64,000 nt of DNA from Escherichia coli (GCF_045037415.1 NZ_CP173438.1), one strand, 5' to 3'; counted from the stretch's first letter, positions 50,493-63,699 are shown. Translations and numbers: made by a program. The notes: generated by a model from the letters alone, not told the origin.

Positions 50493-53400
50493 ATGTTAAG
50501 GGTCTACCATTCCAATCGTCTGGACGTGCTGGAAGCGTTGATGGAGTTTATTGTCGAACGCGAACGGCTGGACGATCCTTTCGAACCAGAGATGATTCTG
50601 GTGCAAAGTACCGGTATGGCACAGTGGCTGCAAATGACCCTGTCGCAAAAGTTTGGTATTGCGGCAAACATTGATTTTCCGCTGCCAGCGAGCTTTATCT
50701 GGGATATGTTCGTCCGGGTGTTACCGGAGATCCCCAAAGAGAGCGCCTTTAACAAACAGAGCATGAGCTGGAAACTGATGACACTGCTGCCGCAACTGTT
50801 GGAGCGCGAAGACTTTACCCTGTTGCGGCATTATCTGACTGACGATAGTGACAAGCGAAAACTGTTCCAGCTTTCTTCAAAAGCGGCGGACCTGTTTGAC
50901 CAGTATCTGGTCTATCGTCCGGACTGGCTGGCACAGTGGGAAACAGGACATCTGGTAGAAGGGTTGGGAGAAGCACAGGCCTGGCAAGCGCCGTTGTGGA
51001 AGGCGTTGGTGGAATATACCGACGAACTTGGGCAACCGCGCTGGCACCGCGCCAATCTCTATCAGCGCTTTATCGAAACGCTGGAGTCCGCGACGACCTG
51101 CCCGCCGGGGTTACCTTCGCGCGTCTTTATATGCGGTATTTCCGCGTTACCGCCTGTTTATCTCCAGGCGCTACAGGCGCTGGGTAAACATATTGAAATC
51201 CATCTCCTGTTTACCAACCCCTGCCGTTATTACTGGGGCGACATTAAAGATCCCGCTTATCTGGCGAAACTACTGACTCGCCAGCGCCGACACAGTTTTG
51301 AAGATCGCGAATTACCGCTATTTCGCGACAGCGAAAATGCCGGGCAGCTCTTTAACAGCGATGGTGAACAGGATGTCGGCAACCCGCTGCTGGCTTCATG
51401 GGGCAAGCTTGGGCGCGACTACATTTATCTCCTTTCTGACCTGGAGAGCAGCCAGGAGCTGGACGCTTTTGTCGATGTGACGCCAGATAACCTGCTGCAT
51501 AATATTCAGTCTGACATTCTGGAACTGGAAAACCGCGCCGTTGCTGGTGTGAACATCGAAGAGTTTTCCCGTAGCGATAACAAACGCCCGCTTGATCCAC
51601 TGGATAGCAGTATCACCTTCCACGTTTGCCATAGCCCGCAGCGTGAAGTTGAAGTTTTACACGATCGCCTGCTGGCGATGCTGGAGGAAGACCCGACACT
51701 TACTCCGCGCGACATCATCGTGATGGTGGCTGATATCGACAGCTACAGTCCGTTTATTCAGGCTGTGTTTGGTAGCGCACCTGCGGATCGTTACCTGCCT
51801 TACGCCATTTCCGACCGTCGGGCGCGGCAGTCGCATCCTGTACTTGAAGCGTTTATCAGCCTGTTATCGTTGCCAGACAGCCGCTTTGTGTCGGAAGACG
51901 TGCTGGCATTACTGGATGTGCCGGTGCTGGCGGCGCGGTTTGACATCACCGAAGAAGGGCTGCGTTATTTACGCCAGTGGGTCAACGAGTCCGGCATTCG
52001 TTGGGGGATAGATGACGACAACGTTCGCGAGCTGGAACTTCCCGCTACCGGTCAACACACCTGGCGGTTTGGCCTGACGCGCATGTTGCTGGGCTACGCG
52101 ATGGAGAGCGCGCAGGGCGAGTGGCAATCGGTTCTACCTTATGATGAATCGAGCGGCTTAATTGCAGAACTGGTGGGGCATCTGGCTTCACTGCTAATGC
52201 AGCTAAATATCTGGCGTCGCGGGCTGGCGCAGGAGCGTCCGCTGGAAGAGTGGTTGCCGGTTTGTCGCGATATGCTCAACGCCTTCTTCCTGCCGGATGC
52301 GGAAACCGAAGCGGCGATGACGCTGATCGAACAACAATGGCAGGCGATTATCGCCGAAGGTTTAGGTGCGCAGTATGGCGACGCGGTGCCGCTGTCACTA
52401 TTGCGTGATGAACTGGCACAGCGCCTGGATCAAGAACGTATCAGCCAGCGTTTTCTCGCCGGACCGGTTAACATTTGTACTCTGATGCCAATGCGTTCAA
52501 TTCCGTTCAAAGTGGTTTGCCTGCTGGGAATGAACGACGGCGTTTATCCACGTCAGCTTGCGCCATTGGGCTTTGATCTGATGAGCCAGAAACCGAAGCG
52601 TGGCGACCGTAGCCGTCGCGATGACGACCGCTATCTGTTCCTGGAAGCGTTAATTTCCGCGCAGCAAAAACTCTATATCAGCTATATCGGGCGTTCCATT
52701 CAGGATAACAGTGAACGTTTCCCGTCGGTACTGGTGCAGGAACTGATCGACTACATCGGGCAAAGCCATTATCTACCGGGCGATGAAGCGCTCAACTGTG
52801 ATGAAAGCGAGGCAAGGGTAAAAGCGCATCTTACTTGCCTCCATACCCGAATGCCGTTTGATCCACAAAACTACCAGCCAGGCGAACGACAAAGTTATGC
52901 TCGTGAATGGCTACCTGCGGCCAGCCAGGCTGGTAAAGCACATTCTGAATTTGTTCAGCCGCTGCCATTTACCTTACCGGAAACCGTGCCGCTGGAAACG
53001 CTACAACGATTCTGGGCACATCCGGTGCGGGCATTTTTCCAGATGCGTTTGCAGGTGAACTTCCGTACCGAAGACAGCGAAATCCCCGACACCGAGCCAT
53101 TTATTCTGGAAGGACTTAGCCGTTATCAAATCAATCAGCAGTTATTGAATGCACTGGTTGAGCAGGATGATGCCGAACGCTTGTTCCGTCGCTTCCGGGC
53201 GGCAGGGGATTTACCGTATGGCGCTTTTGGTGAAATTTTCTGGGAAACGCAGTGTCAGGAGATGCAGCAGCTTGCCGACAGAGTCATTGCCTGTCGCCAG
53301 CCGGGGCAGAGTATGGAGATTGATCTCGCCTGCAACGGTGTGCAAATAACGGGCTGGTTGCCGCAGGTGCAGCCGGATGGCCTGTTGCGCTGGCGTCCCT

Positions 53401-53861
53401 CTTTATTAAGTGTGGCGCAGGGAATGCAACTTTGGCTGGAACACCTTGTCTACTGTGCCAGCGGTGGTAATGGTGAAAGTCGCCTTTTTCTACGCAAAGA
53501 CGGCGAGTGGCGTTTTCCGCCGCTTGCAGCCGAACAGGCTTTGCATTACCTCTCACAACTGATTGAGGGGTATCGTGAAGGAATGTCCGCGCCATTGCTG
53601 GTGTTACCTGAAAGTGGCGGCGCGTGGCTAAAAACCTGTTATGACGCGCAAAACGATGCCATGCTGGATGACGATTCCACGTTGCAAAAAGCCCGTACGA
53701 AATTCCTTCAGGCTTACGAAGGCAACATGATGGTGCGTGGCGAAGGTGATGATATCTGGTATCAACGGCTCTGGCGGCAATTAACACCAGAGACAATGGA
53801 GGCTATCGTTGAACAGTCGCAACGTTTCCTGTTACCGCTGTTTCGCTTTAATCAGTCATGA
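50493..53861 (+). CDS. recC: RecBCD exonuclease V subunit RecC
   Basis: 1122-aa ORF, MLRVYHSNRLDVLEALMEFIVERE..., recognised as RecC. It starts 12 nt after the ppdC stop. Confidence 0.97.
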   Translation: MLRVYHSNRLDVLEALMEFIVERERLDDPFEPEMILVQSTGMAQWLQMTLSQKFGIAANIDFPLPASFIWDMFVRVLPEIPKESAFNKQSMSWKLMTLLPQLLEREDFTLLRHYLTDDSDKRKLFQLSSKAADLFDQYLVYRPDWLAQWETGHLVEGLGEAQAWQAPLWKALVEYTDELGQPRWHRANLYQRFIETLESATTCPPGLPSRVFICGISALPPVYLQALQALGKHIEIHLLFTNPCRYYWGDIKDPAYLAKLLTRQRRHSFEDRELPLFRDSENAGQLFNSDGEQDVGNPLLASWGKLGRDYIYLLSDLESSQELDAFVDVTPDNLLHNIQSDILELENRAVAGVNIEEFSRSDNKRPLDPLDSSITFHVCHSPQREVEVLHDRLLAMLEEDPTLTPRDIIVMVADIDSYSPFIQAVFGSAPADRYLPYAISDRRARQSHPVLEAFISLLSLPDSRFVSEDVLALLDVPVLAARFDITEEGLRYLRQWVNESGIRWGIDDDNVRELELPATGQHTWRFGLTRMLLGYAMESAQGEWQSVLPYDESSGLIAELVGHLASLLMQLNIWRRGLAQERPLEEWLPVCRDMLNAFFLPDAETEAAMTLIEQQWQAIIAEGLGAQYGDAVPLSLLRDELAQRLDQERISQRFLAGPVNICTLMPMRSIPFKVVCLLGMNDGVYPRQLAPLGFDLMSQKPKRGDRSRRDDDRYLFLEALISAQQKLYISYIGRSIQDNSERFPSVLVQELIDYIGQSHYLPGDEALNCDESEARVKAHLTCLHTRMPFDPQNYQPGERQSYAREWLPAASQAGKAHSEFVQPLPFTLPETVPLETLQRFWAHPVRAFFQMRLQVNFRTEDSEIPDTEPFILEGLSRYQINQQLLNALVEQDDAERLFRRFRAAGDLPYGAFGEIFWETQCQEMQQLADRVIACRQPGQSMEIDLACNGVQITGWLPQVQPDGLLRWRPSLLSVAQGMQLWLEHLVYCASGGNGESRLFLRKDGEWRFPPLAAEQALHYLSQLIEGYREGMSAPLLVLPESGGAWLKTCYDAQNDAMLDDDSTLQKARTKFLQAYEGNMMVRGEGDDIWYQRLWRQLTPETMEAIVEQSQRFLLPLFRFNQS

Positions 53862-54036
53862 GTGTTGTATAAAAATTGCGCAATCTATCCGCTTACTTTA
53901 TGATGCGCACCAGTCACGGACTGATGGTTATATAGACATAGGCTGACTCGTTCAGCACAAGATTAAATTCTGGCAGATGATTTGCGTTAACGTGTTGAAT
54001 CTGGCCAGAAAATAAAGTTGATTATGAGGTCCGTGA

Positions 54037-56925
54037 ATGCCCCGCAGCATCTGGTTCAAAGCATTATTGTTGTTTGTTGCCCTCTGGGCACCCTTAAGTC
54101 AGGCAGAAACGGGATGGCAGCCGATTCAGGAAACCATCCGTAAAAGTGATAAAGATAACCGCCAGTATCAGGCTATACGTCTGGATAACGGTATGGTGGT
54201 CTTACTGGTTTCTGATCCGCAGGCAGTTAAATCGCTCTCGGCGCTGGTGGTGCCCGTTGGGTCGCTGGAAGATCCTGAGGCGTACCAGGGGCTGGCACAT
54301 TACCTTGAACATATGAGTCTGATGGGGTCGAAAAAGTATCCGCAGGCTGACAGTCTGGCCGAATATCTCAAAATGCACGGCGGCAGTCACAATGCCAGCA
54401 CGGCACCGTATCGCACGGCTTTCTATCTGGAAGTTGAGAACGATGCCTTACCCGGTGCGGTAGACCGCCTGGCCGATGCTATTGCAGAACCCTTGCTCGA
54501 CAAGAAATACGCCGAACGTGAGCGTAATGCAGTGAATGCCGAATTAACCATGGCGCGTACGCGTGACGGGATGCGCATGGCACAGGTCAGCGCAGAAACC
54601 ATTAACCCGGCACACCCCGGTTCAAAGTTTTCTGGTGGTAACCTCGAAACTTTAAGCGACAAACCAGGTAATCCGGTACAGCAGGCGCTGAAAGATTTCC
54701 ACGAGAAGTACTATTCCGCCAATCTGATGAAGGCGGTTATTTACAGCAATAAACCGTTGCCGGAGTTGGCGAAAATGGCGGCGGACACCTTTGGTCGCGT
54801 GCCGAACAAAGAGAGCAAAAAACCGGAAATCACCGTGCCGGTAGTCACCGACGCGCAAAAGGGCATTATCATTCATTACGTCCCGGCGCTGCCGCGTAAA
54901 GTTCTGCGCGTTGAGTTTCGCATCGATAACAATTCAGCGAAGTTCCGTAGTAAAACGGATGAATTGATTACCTATCTGATTGGTAATCGCAGCCCTGGTA
55001 CACTTTCTGACTGGCTGCAAAAGCAGGGATTAGTTGAGGGCATTAGCGCCAATTCCGATCCTATCGTCAACGGCAACAGCGGCGTATTAGCGATCTCTGC
55101 GTCTTTAACCGATAAAGGTCTGGCGAATCGCGATCAGGTTGTGGCGGCCATTTTTAGCTACCTCAATCTGTTACGTGAAAAAGGGATCGATAAACAATAC
55201 TTCGATGAACTGGCGAATGTGCTGGATATCGACTTCCGTTATCCGTCAATCACCCGTGATATGGATTACGTCGAATGGCTGGCAGATACCATGATTCGCG
55301 TTCCTGTTGAGCATACACTGGATGCAGTCAATATTGCCGATCGGTACGACGCTAAAGCGGTAAAAGAACGTCTGGCGATGATGACGCCACAGAATGCGCG
55401 TATCTGGTATATCAGCCCGAAAGAGCCGCACAACAAAACGGCTTACTTTGTCGATGCGCCGTATCAGGTCGATAAAATTAGCGCACAAACTTTCGCTGAC
55501 TGGCAGAAAAAAGCCGCCAATATTGCGCTCTCCTTACCGGAGCTTAACCCCTATATTCCTGACGATTTCTCGCTGATTAAGTCAGAGAAGAAATACGACC
55601 ATCCAGAGTTGATTGTTGATGAGTCGAATCTGCGCGTGGTGTATGCGCCAAGCCGTTATTTTGCCAGCGAGCCCAAAGCTGATGTCAGCCTGATTTTGCG
55701 TAATCCGAAAGCCATGGACAGCGCCCGCAATCAGGTGATGTTTGCACTCAATGATTATCTCGCAGGGCTGGCGCTTGATCAGTTAAGCAACCAGGCGTCG
55801 GTTGGTGGCATAAGTTTTTCCACCAATGCTAACAACGGCCTTATGGTTAATGCTAATGGTTACACCCAGCGTCTGCCGCAGCTGTTCCAGGCTCTGCTGG
55901 AGGGCTACTTTAGCTATACCGCTACGGAAGATCAGCTTGAGCAGGCGAAGTCCTGGTATAACCAGATGATGGATTCCGCAGAAAAGGGCAAAGCGTTCGA
56001 GCAGGCGATTATGCCCGCGCAGATGCTCTCGCAAGTGCCGTACTTCTCGCGAGATGAACGGCGCAAAATTTTGCCCTCCATTACGTTGAAAGAGGTGCTG
56101 GCCTATCGCGACGCCTTAAAATCAGGGGCTAGACCAGAGTTTATGGTTATCGGCAACATGACTGAAGCCCAGGCAATAACGCTGGCACGCCATGTGCAAA
56201 AACAGTTGGGCGCTGATGGTTCAGAGTGGTGTCGTAACAAAGATGTCGTGGTCGATAAAAAACAATCCGTCATCTTTGAAAAAGCCGGTAACAGCACCGA
56301 CTCCGCACTGGCAGCGGTATTTGTACCGACTGGCTACGATGAATACACCAGCTCAGCGTATAGTTCTCTGTTGGGGCAGATCGTACAGCCGTGGTTCTAC
56401 AATCAGTTGCGTACCGAAGAACAGTTGGGCTATGCCGTGTTTGCGTTTCCAATGAGCGTGGGGCGTCAGTGGGGCATGGGCTTCCTTTTGCAAAGCAATG
56501 ATAAACAGCCTTCATTCTTGTGGGAGCGTTACAAGGCGTTTTTCCCAACCGCAGAGGCAAAATTGCGGGCGATGAAGCCAGAAGAGTTTGCGCAAATCCA
56601 GCAGGCGGTAATTACCCAGATGCTGCAGGCACCGCAAACGCTCGGCGAAGAAGCATCGAAGTTAAGTAAAGATTTCGATCGCGGCAATATGCGCTTCGAT
56701 TCGCGTGATAAAATCGTGGCCCAGATAAAACTGCTGACGCCGCAAAAAATTGCTGATTTCTTCCATCAGGCGGTGGTCGAGCCGCAAGGTATGGCTATTC
56801 TGTCGCAGATTTCCGGCAGCCAGAATGGGAAAGCCGAATATGTGCATCCTGAAGGCTGGAAAGTGTGGGAGAACGTCAGCGCGTTGCAGCAAACAATGCC
56901 CCTGATGAGTGAAAAGAATGAGTGA
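54037..56925 (+). CDS. ptrA: Periplasmic protease III (pitrilysin, M16) PtrA
   Basis: 962-aa ORF with a signal peptide and the inverted zinc motif HYLEH (GLAHYLEHMSLMGS). Confidence 0.96.
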   Translation: MPRSIWFKALLLFVALWAPLSQAETGWQPIQETIRKSDKDNRQYQAIRLDNGMVVLLVSDPQAVKSLSALVVPVGSLEDPEAYQGLAHYLEHMSLMGSKKYPQADSLAEYLKMHGGSHNASTAPYRTAFYLEVENDALPGAVDRLADAIAEPLLDKKYAERERNAVNAELTMARTRDGMRMAQVSAETINPAHPGSKFSGGNLETLSDKPGNPVQQALKDFHEKYYSANLMKAVIYSNKPLPELAKMAADTFGRVPNKESKKPEITVPVVTDAQKGIIIHYVPALPRKVLRVEFRIDNNSAKFRSKTDELITYLIGNRSPGTLSDWLQKQGLVEGISANSDPIVNGNSGVLAISASLTDKGLANRDQVVAAIFSYLNLLREKGIDKQYFDELANVLDIDFRYPSITRDMDYVEWLADTMIRVPVEHTLDAVNIADRYDAKAVKERLAMMTPQNARIWYISPKEPHNKTAYFVDAPYQVDKISAQTFADWQKKAANIALSLPELNPYIPDDFSLIKSEKKYDHPELIVDESNLRVVYAPSRYFASEPKADVSLILRNPKAMDSARNQVMFALNDYLAGLALDQLSNQASVGGISFSTNANNGLMVNANGYTQRLPQLFQALLEGYFSYTATEDQLEQAKSWYNQMMDSAEKGKAFEQAIMPAQMLSQVPYFSRDERRKILPSITLKEVLAYRDALKSGARPEFMVIGNMTEAQAITLARHVQKQLGADGSEWCRNKDVVVDKKQSVIFEKAGNSTDSALAAVFVPTGYDEYTSSAYSSLLGQIVQPWFYNQLRTEEQLGYAVFAFPMSVGRQWGMGFLLQSNDKQPSFLWERYKAFFPTAEAKLRAMKPEEFAQIQQAVITQMLQAPQTLGEEASKLSKDFDRGNMRFDSRDKIVAQIKLLTPQKIADFFHQAVVEPQGMAILSQISGSQNGKAEYVHPEGWKVWENVSALQQTMPLMSEKNE

Positions 56926-59900
56926 TGTCGCCGAGACACTAGATCCTTTGCGCTTGCCCTTACAGGGCGAGCGCCTGATTGAAGCCTCTGCCGGCACAGG
57001 CAAAACCTTTACGATTGCGGCGCTCTATTTGCGCCTGTTACTTGGACTAGGCGGTTCGGCCGCCTTTCCCCGCCCGCTGACCGTTGAAGAACTGCTGGTG
57101 GTGACCTTTACCGAGGCTGCCACGGCAGAATTGCGTGGTCGTATCCGTAGCAATATCCACGAGTTGCGCATCGCCTGTCTGCGTGAAACCACCGACAATC
57201 CACTGTACAAACGCCTGCTGGAAGAGATCGACGATAAAGCGCAAGCCGCGCAGTGGTTGTTGTTAGCCGAGCGGCAGATGGATGAAGCGGCAGTCTTTAC
57301 TATCCACGGCTTTTGCCAGCGCATGCTCAACCTGAATGCCTTTGAATCCGGCATGCTGTTTGAGCAGCAGCTGATTGAAGATGAGTCTCTGCTACGCTAC
57401 CAGGCCTGCGCCGATTTCTGGCGTCGCCACTGCTACCCGCTGCCGCGTGAAATTGCCCAGGTCGTCTTTGAAACCTGGAAAGGGCCGCAGGCGTTGCTGC
57501 GCGATATTAATCGTTATCTGCAAGGCGAAGCGCCAGTTATCAAAGCACCGCCCCCCGATGATGAAACGCTGGCTTCCCGCCACGCGCAAATTGTGGCGCG
57601 TATTGATGCCGTAAAACAGCAGTGGCGCGACGCAGTGGGTGAACTGGATGCGCTGATCGAATCTTCTGGTATTGATCGACGCAAGTTTAACCGTAGCAAT
57701 CAGGCTAAATGGATCGAGAAGATCAGCGCCTGGGCAGAAGAAGAGACCAATAGCTATCAGTTGCCGGAGTCGCTGGAAAAATTCTCTCAGCGTTTCTTAG
57801 AAGATCGCACGAAAGCCGGGGGGGAAACCCCGCGACATCCACTGTTTGAGGCGATCGATCAACTGCTTGCAGAACCATTGTCGATCCGCGATCTGGTGAT
57901 CACCCGCGCATTGGCTGAGATCCGCGAAACAGTAGCGCGTGAAAAACGCCGCCGTGGCGAATTGGGTTTTGATGACATGTTAAGTCGGCTCGATTCCGCG
58001 CTGCGTAGTGAAAGCGGCGAGGTATTGGCAGCGGCGATCCGTACGCGATTCCCGGTGGCAATGATCGATGAATTTCAGGATACCGACCCCCAGCAGTACC
58101 GAATTTTTCGCCGTATCTGGCACCATCAGCCGGAAACCGCATTGTTGCTGATTGGCGACCCGAAACAGGCCATATATGCATTCCGGGGTGCGGATATCTT
58201 CACTTATATGAAGGCGCGTAGCGAAGTTCATGCTCACTACACCTTAGATACCAACTGGCGTTCCGCACCGGGAATGGTGAACAGCGTTAACAAACTTTTC
58301 AGCCAGACTGATGACGCGTTCATGTTTCGTGAAATACCGTTTATTCCTGTGAAATCTGCCGGGAAAAATCAGGCGTTACGCTTTGTGTTTAAAGGTGAAA
58401 TGCAGCCTGCGATGAAAATGTGGCTGATGGAAGGCGAAAGCTGCGGCGTTGGCGACTATCAAAGTACCATGGCGCAGGTATGTGCTGCGCAAATCCGCGA
58501 CTGGCTACAAGCCGGACAGCGGGGCGAAGCGTTGCTGATGAACGGCGACGATGCGCGTCCGGTGCGTGCTTCGGACATCAGTGTGCTGGTGCGCAGCCGC
58601 CAGGAGGCCGCTCAGGTGCGCGATGCCTTAACGCTGCTGGAAATCCCTTCCGTTTACCTTTCGAACCGCGACAGTGTTTTTGAAACTCTGGAAGCACAGG
58701 AGATGCTTTGGCTGTTGCAGGCGGTGATGACGCCCGAACGTGAGAACACCCTGCGCAGTGCGCTGGCAACGTCAATGATGGGGCTGAATGCGCTGGATAT
58801 TGAAACGCTGAATAATGACGAACATGCGTGGGATGCGGTAGTCGAAGAGTTCGATGGTTATCGGCAAATCTGGCGCAAACGTGGCGTTATGCCGATGCTG
58901 CGGGCGCTGATGTCGGCGCGTAACATTGCAGAAAACTTGCTGGCAACGGCAGGCGGTGAGCGGCGTCTTACCGATATCTTGCATATCAGCGAACTGCTAC
59001 AAGAAGCCGGAACGCAGCTGGAAAGTGAACATGCGCTGGTACGCTGGTTATCGCAACATATCCTCGAGCCAGACAGTAATGCCTCCAGCCAACAAATGCG
59101 CCTCGAAAGTGATAAACATCTGGTGCAGATTGTCACGATACACAAATCAAAAGGGCTGGAATATCCGCTGGTCTGGTTGCCATTTATTACCAATTTCCGC
59201 GTCCAGGATCAGGCGTTTTATCACGATCGCCACTCGTTTGAGGCCGTTCTGGATCTTAATGCTGCGCCAGAAAGCGTCGACCTCGCGGAGGCCGAACGTC
59301 TGGCGGAAGATCTGCGTTTACTTTACGTGGCGCTGACGCGTTCGGTTTGGCATTGCAGTCTCGGCGTTGCACCGCTGGTGCGCCGTCGTGGCGATAAAAA
59401 AGGTGATACCGACGTCCACCAAAGTGCGCTCGGGCGTTTGCTGCAAAAAGGAGAACCGCAAGATGTGGCAGGGCTTCGTACCTGCATTGAAGCGTTGTGC
59501 GATGATGATATTGCCTGGCAAACGGCACAAATTGGTGATAACCAGCCCTGGCAGGTTAATGATGCATTAACTGCAGAACTGAATGCGAGGACGCTACAAC
59601 GATTGCCCGGCGATAACTGGCGTGTCACCAGCTACTCCGGTTTGCAGCAGCGTGGTCACGGTATCGCTCAGGATCTGATGCCACGGTTGGATGTTGATGC
59701 CGCAGGCGTGGTCAGCGTCGTTGAAGTACCGACGTTAACACCGCATCAGTTCCCGCGCGGTGCGTCACCGGGGACATTCTTGCACAGTTTGTTTGAAGAC
59801 CTCGATTTTACCCAGCCGGTTGACCCGAACTGGGTACAGGAAAAACTGGAGCTCGGTGGCTTTGAACCGCAGTGGGAACCGGTGTTGACTGAGTGGATCA

Positions 59901-60460
59901 CGGCTGTCCTCCTGGCACCTCTCAATGAAACGGGTATTAGCCTGAGTCAGCTTTCCGATCGCGATAAACAGGTGGAGATGGAGTTTTACCTGCCAATTAG
60001 CGAACCGCTCATCGCCAGCCAGCTTGATGCACTAATTCGCCAGTTTGACCCGCTATCTGCTGGCTGCCCGCCGCTGGAGTTCATGCAGGTACGTGGCATG
60101 TTAAAAGGCTTTATCGATCTGGTGTTCCGCCACGAAGGGCGTTATTACCTGCTCGACTATAAATCCAACTGGTTGGGTGAAGACAGTTCGGCTTACACCC
60201 AACAGGCTATGGCAGCGGCAATGCAGGCACACCGCTATGATCTGCAATATCAGCTTTATACCCTGGCGCTGCACCGTTATCTGCGCCATCGTATTGCTGA
60301 TTACGACTATGAGCGCCACTTTGGCGGCGTTATTTATCTGTTCCTGCGTGGCGTTGATAAAGAACATCCGCAACAAGGGATCTACGCGACCCGACCCAAC
60401 GCCGGGTTGATTGACCTGATGGATGAGATGTTTGCCGGTATGACCCTGGAGGAGGCGTAA
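56918..60460 (+). CDS. recB: RecBCD subunit RecB (SF1 helicase + nuclease)
   Basis: ATG at 56918 gives [31 protein letters not shown]..., 1180 aa. It overlaps the ptrA stop by 8 nt. The track ORF starts 3 codons earlier at a GTG. Confidence 0.96.
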   Translation: MSDVAETLDPLRLPLQGERLIEASAGTGKTFTIAALYLRLLLGLGGSAAFPRPLTVEELLVVTFTEAATAELRGRIRSNIHELRIACLRETTDNPLYKRLLEEIDDKAQAAQWLLLAERQMDEAAVFTIHGFCQRMLNLNAFESGMLFEQQLIEDESLLRYQACADFWRRHCYPLPREIAQVVFETWKGPQALLRDINRYLQGEAPVIKAPPPDDETLASRHAQIVARIDAVKQQWRDAVGELDALIESSGIDRRKFNRSNQAKWIEKISAWAEEETNSYQLPESLEKFSQRFLEDRTKAGGETPRHPLFEAIDQLLAEPLSIRDLVITRALAEIRETVAREKRRRGELGFDDMLSRLDSALRSESGEVLAAAIRTRFPVAMIDEFQDTDPQQYRIFRRIWHHQPETALLLIGDPKQAIYAFRGADIFTYMKARSEVHAHYTLDTNWRSAPGMVNSVNKLFSQTDDAFMFREIPFIPVKSAGKNQALRFVFKGEMQPAMKMWLMEGESCGVGDYQSTMAQVCAAQIRDWLQAGQRGEALLMNGDDARPVRASDISVLVRSRQEAAQVRDALTLLEIPSVYLSNRDSVFETLEAQEMLWLLQAVMTPERENTLRSALATSMMGLNALDIETLNNDEHAWDAVVEEFDGYRQIWRKRGVMPMLRALMSARNIAENLLATAGGERRLTDILHISELLQEAGTQLESEHALVRWLSQHILEPDSNASSQQMRLESDKHLVQIVTIHKSKGLEYPLVWLPFITNFRVQDQAFYHDRHSFEAVLDLNAAPESVDLAEAERLAEDLRLLYVALTRSVWHCSLGVAPLVRRRGDKKGDTDVHQSALGRLLQKGEPQDVAGLRTCIEALCDDDIAWQTAQIGDNQPWQVNDALTAELNARTLQRLPGDNWRVTSYSGLQQRGHGIAQDLMPRLDVDAAGVVSVVEVPTLTPHQFPRGASPGTFLHSLFEDLDFTQPVDPNWVQEKLELGGFEPQWEPVLTEWITAVLLAPLNETGISLSQLSDRDKQVEMEFYLPISEPLIASQLDALIRQFDPLSAGCPPLEFMQVRGMLKGFIDLVFRHEGRYYLLDYKSNWLGEDSSAYTQQAMAAAMQAHRYDLQYQLYTLALHRYLRHRIADYDYERHFGGVIYLFLRGVDKEHPQQGIYATRPNAGLIDLMDEMFAGMTLEEA

Positions 60461-62286
60461 TGAAATTGCAAAAGCAATTACTGGAAGCTGTGGAGCACAA
60501 ACAGCTACGCCCGCTGGACGTGCAGTTTGCCCTGACCGTGGCGGGAGATGAACATCCTGCCGTCACCCTCGCGGCGGCACTATTAAGTCATGATGCCGGA
60601 GAGGGACACGTTTGTTTGCCGCTTTCACGACTGGAAAATAACGAGGCGTCGCATCCGCTGTTGGCGACCTGTGTCAGTGAAATCGGTGAGCTACAAAATT
60701 GGGAAGAATGCTTGCTGGCTTCACAAGCGGTCAGCCGGGGAGATGAACCAACGCCGATGATCCTCTGTGGCGATCGTCTTTATTTGAATCGCATGTGGTG
60801 TAACGAGCGCACAGTGGCACGTTTTTTCAACGAAGTGAATCATGCCATTGAGGTTGATGAAGCTCTACTGGCGCAAACCCTGGACAAACTTTTTCCAGTA
60901 AGCGATGAAATTAACTGGCAAAAAGTTGCGGCGGCAGTGGCGCTGACGCGGCGGATTTCGGTGATTTCCGGCGGTCCTGGCACCGGTAAAACGACCACCG
61001 TAGCGAAGTTGCTGGCAGCCTTAATTCAAATGGCCGACGGAGAACGCTGCCGTATCCGTCTGGCTGCACCAACGGGTAAAGCTGCCGCGCGCTTAACCGA
61101 ATCTCTCGGCAAGGCTTTGCGACAGTTACCGCTGACCGCTGAACAAAAGAAACGCATTCCGGAAGATGCCAGCACTTTGCACCGATTGCTGGGCGCGCAG
61201 CCGGGTAGCCAGCGTTTACGTCATCATGCCGGTAACCCGCTGCATCTTGATGTGCTGGTGGTAGATGAAGCGTCAATGATCGATCTTCCTATGATGTCGA
61301 GACTGATCGACGCCTTGCCCGATCATGCGCGAGTGATCTTTCTCGGCGATCGTGATCAACTGGCCTCGGTTGAGGCTGGGGCTGTGCTGGGCGATATCTG
61401 CGCTTATGCCAACGCGGGCTTTACCGCCGAGCGTGCCGGGCAGTTGAGCCGCCTGACGGGAAGCCACGTTCCAGCAGGAACTGGCACAGAAGCGGCATCT
61501 TTGCGCGACAGCCTCTGCCTGCTGCAAAAAAGCTATCGTTTCGGCAGCGATTCTGGCATTGGTCAGTTAGCTGCGGCGATTAACCGAGGTGATAAAACGG
61601 CAGTGAAAACCGTTTTTCAGCAGGATTTTACTGATATCGAAAAACGGCTTTTACAGAGTGGCGAAGATTATATTGCGATGCTTGAGGAAGTTCTTGCGGG
61701 TTACGGACGTTATCTGGATCTGCTGCAAGCGCGTGCCGAGCCGGATTTAATCATTCAGGCGTTCAATGAGTACCAGCTTTTGTGCGCCCTGCGGGAAGGA
61801 CCGTTTGGCGTGGCTGGATTGAATGAGCGAATTGAGCAATTTATGCAACAGAAGCGCAAAATTCATCGTCATCCGCACTCTCGTTGGTACGAAGGTCGAC
61901 CAGTGATGATTGCCCGTAATGACAGCGCGCTTGGGTTGTTTAATGGCGATATTGGTATTGCGCTGGATCGCGGGCAGGGGACGCGCGTCTGGTTTGCGAT
62001 GCCGGACGGCAATATTAAGTCTGTGCAACCGAGTCGCCTGCCAGAGCACGAAACGACGTGGGCGATGACGGTACATAAATCGCAGGGATCGGAGTTCGAC
62101 CATGCGGCGTTGATTTTACCGAGTCAACGCACGCCGGTAGTAACGCGAGAGCTGGTTTACACCGCGGTGACCCGCGCGCGTCGCCGTCTGTCGCTGTATG
62201 CCGATGAGCGCATTTTAAGTGCGGCAATTGCCACGCGCACCGAGCGGCGCAGTGGTCTGGCGGCGTTGTTTAGTTCACGGGGATAA
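60460..62286 (+). CDS. recD: RecBCD subunit RecD (SF1 5'-3' helicase)
   Basis: 608-aa ORF with Walker [10 protein letters not shown] and a TAATG overlap with recB. Confidence 0.97.
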   Translation: MKLQKQLLEAVEHKQLRPLDVQFALTVAGDEHPAVTLAAALLSHDAGEGHVCLPLSRLENNEASHPLLATCVSEIGELQNWEECLLASQAVSRGDEPTPMILCGDRLYLNRMWCNERTVARFFNEVNHAIEVDEALLAQTLDKLFPVSDEINWQKVAAAVALTRRISVISGGPGTGKTTTVAKLLAALIQMADGERCRIRLAAPTGKAAARLTESLGKALRQLPLTAEQKKRIPEDASTLHRLLGAQPGSQRLRHHAGNPLHLDVLVVDEASMIDLPMMSRLIDALPDHARVIFLGDRDQLASVEAGAVLGDICAYANAGFTAERAGQLSRLTGSHVPAGTGTEAASLRDSLCLLQKSYRFGSDSGIGQLAAAINRGDKTAVKTVFQQDFTDIEKRLLQSGEDYIAMLEEVLAGYGRYLDLLQARAEPDLIIQAFNEYQLLCALREGPFGVAGLNERIEQFMQQKRKIHRHPHSRWYEGRPVMIARNDSALGLFNGDIGIALDRGQGTRVWFAMPDGNIKSVQPSRLPEHETTWAMTVHKSQGSEFDHAALILPSQRTPVVTRELVYTAVTRARRRLSLYADERILSAAIATRTERRSGLAALFSSRG

Positions 62287-62294
62287 ACGTAATT

Positions 62295-62355
62295 GCCTGA
62301 TGCGACGCATGTGGGTCTTATCATACCTATGAATGTTGTGCATGTCGCATCCGGC
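62295..62355. repeat. REP-like imperfect inverted repeat between convergent recD and argA
   Basis: GCCTGATGCGAC (62295..62306) pairs with GTCGCATCCGGC (62344..62355), 11/12 complementary. The arms resemble REP/BIME sequences. Confidence 0.5.
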
Positions 62356-62367
62356 GATTTGCATCGC

Positions 62368-63699
62368 TTAACCCAAATCCGCCATCAACACTTTGGATTT
62401 ACGCTGGTAGTTGTACAACTGCTTTTTGCTCTCGGGTAGTAAATCAATATCCACTGGGGTAAATCCACGTTCCTGGAACCAGTGAATACTGCGCGTGGTC
62501 AGCACAAACAATTTGCTTAAGCCGCTCTGCTTCGCCTGAGCGGCAATGCGTTCCAGCAGAACCTCGCCCCGTGATGAACTGCGGTAATCCGGGTGAACTG
62601 CCACACAGGCCATTTCCCCAATCTTCTCTTCCGGGAACGGATAGAGCGCGGCGCAGGCAATAGTCGTGTTATCGCGCTGAATAATGGTGAATTTGTCGAT
62701 TTCCATCTCCAGCTGCTCGCGAGAACGGCGTACCAGAATACCTTGTTGCTCCAGCGGGCGAATCAACTCCAGAATACCGCCAATATCGTTGATTGTTGCG
62801 CGACGAATCTGCTCGGCGCTTTCCATCACAATCTGCGTACCGATACCGTCGCGTGAGAACAACTCTTGCAATAGCGCGCCATCTTCCTGATAACTGATTA
62901 AATGACAGCGACGCACGCCGCTGCGGCAGGCTTTCACTGCGCCACGCAAAAAGCGCACCGTACCGGAGTTGTAATCGCCTTTCTCTTCCTGGGCTTCTAC
63001 CCGCGTTTGCGCTTCGTTAGGGAAAAGTTCGGAGACAATATCACCGTCGTCATTAGTGACGCCCTGGGAAGAGCAAAAACCAATCATTTTTTCAGCTTTC
63101 AGTTTGATGGCCAGTTGAGTGGCAATCTCTTCCGAGGTCAGATTAAAGCTCTCGCCAGTGACCGAAACAGCGACCGGCCCCATTAGCACTATTGCACCGC
63201 TGTCCAGTTGACGATGGATCGCGTCTTCATCAATCCGCCGGATACGCCCGCTATGACAGTAATCCACGCCGTCATCGACGCCCAGCGGCTGGGCAATAAT
63301 AAAATTACCACTGACGACGTTGATATGCGCGCCCTGCAGCGGTGTGTTATTGAGACTCATCGACAGGCGAGCAGTAATATCCAGTTGCAATGTTCCCGCA
63401 GCCTGCTTCACCAGTTCCAGTGTTTTGGCGTCGGTCACACGTATATTCTTGTGATACAGCGGTTCGTGGTGATGTGCAGCCAGATTTGCGTCGATCTGCG
63501 GACGTGCGCCATAGACCACCACCAGACGGATGCCGAGGCTGTGCAACAACCCGATATCATTAACGATACTGGAGAAATTCTCATGCTCAATGGCTTCACC
63601 GCCGAGCATGATGACAAACGTTTTTCCCCGGTGGGTATTGATATAGGGAACCGAATGGCGGAATCCCTCGACCAGCTCGGTTTTACGTTCCTTTACCAC
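62368..63699 (-). CDS. argA: N-acetylglutamate synthase ArgA
   Basis: 443-aa ORF with a GTG start, [34 protein letters not shown]..., recognised as ArgA. Confidence 0.96.
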   Translation of the reverse strand: MVKERKTELVEGFRHSVPYINTHRGKTFVIMLGGEAIEHENFSSIVNDIGLLHSLGIRLVVVYGARPQIDANLAAHHHEPLYHKNIRVTDAKTLELVKQAAGTLQLDITARLSMSLNNTPLQGAHINVVSGNFIIAQPLGVDDGVDYCHSGRIRRIDEDAIHRQLDSGAIVLMGPVAVSVTGESFNLTSEEIATQLAIKLKAEKMIGFCSSQGVTNDDGDIVSELFPNEAQTRVEAQEEKGDYNSGTVRFLRGAVKACRSGVRRCHLISYQEDGALLQELFSRDGIGTQIVMESAEQIRRATINDIGGILELIRPLEQQGILVRRSREQLEMEIDKFTIIQRDNTTIACAALYPFPEEKIGEMACVAVHPDYRSSSRGEVLLERIAAQAKQSGLSKLFVLTTRSIHWFQERGFTPVDIDLLPESKKQLYNYQRKSKVLMADLG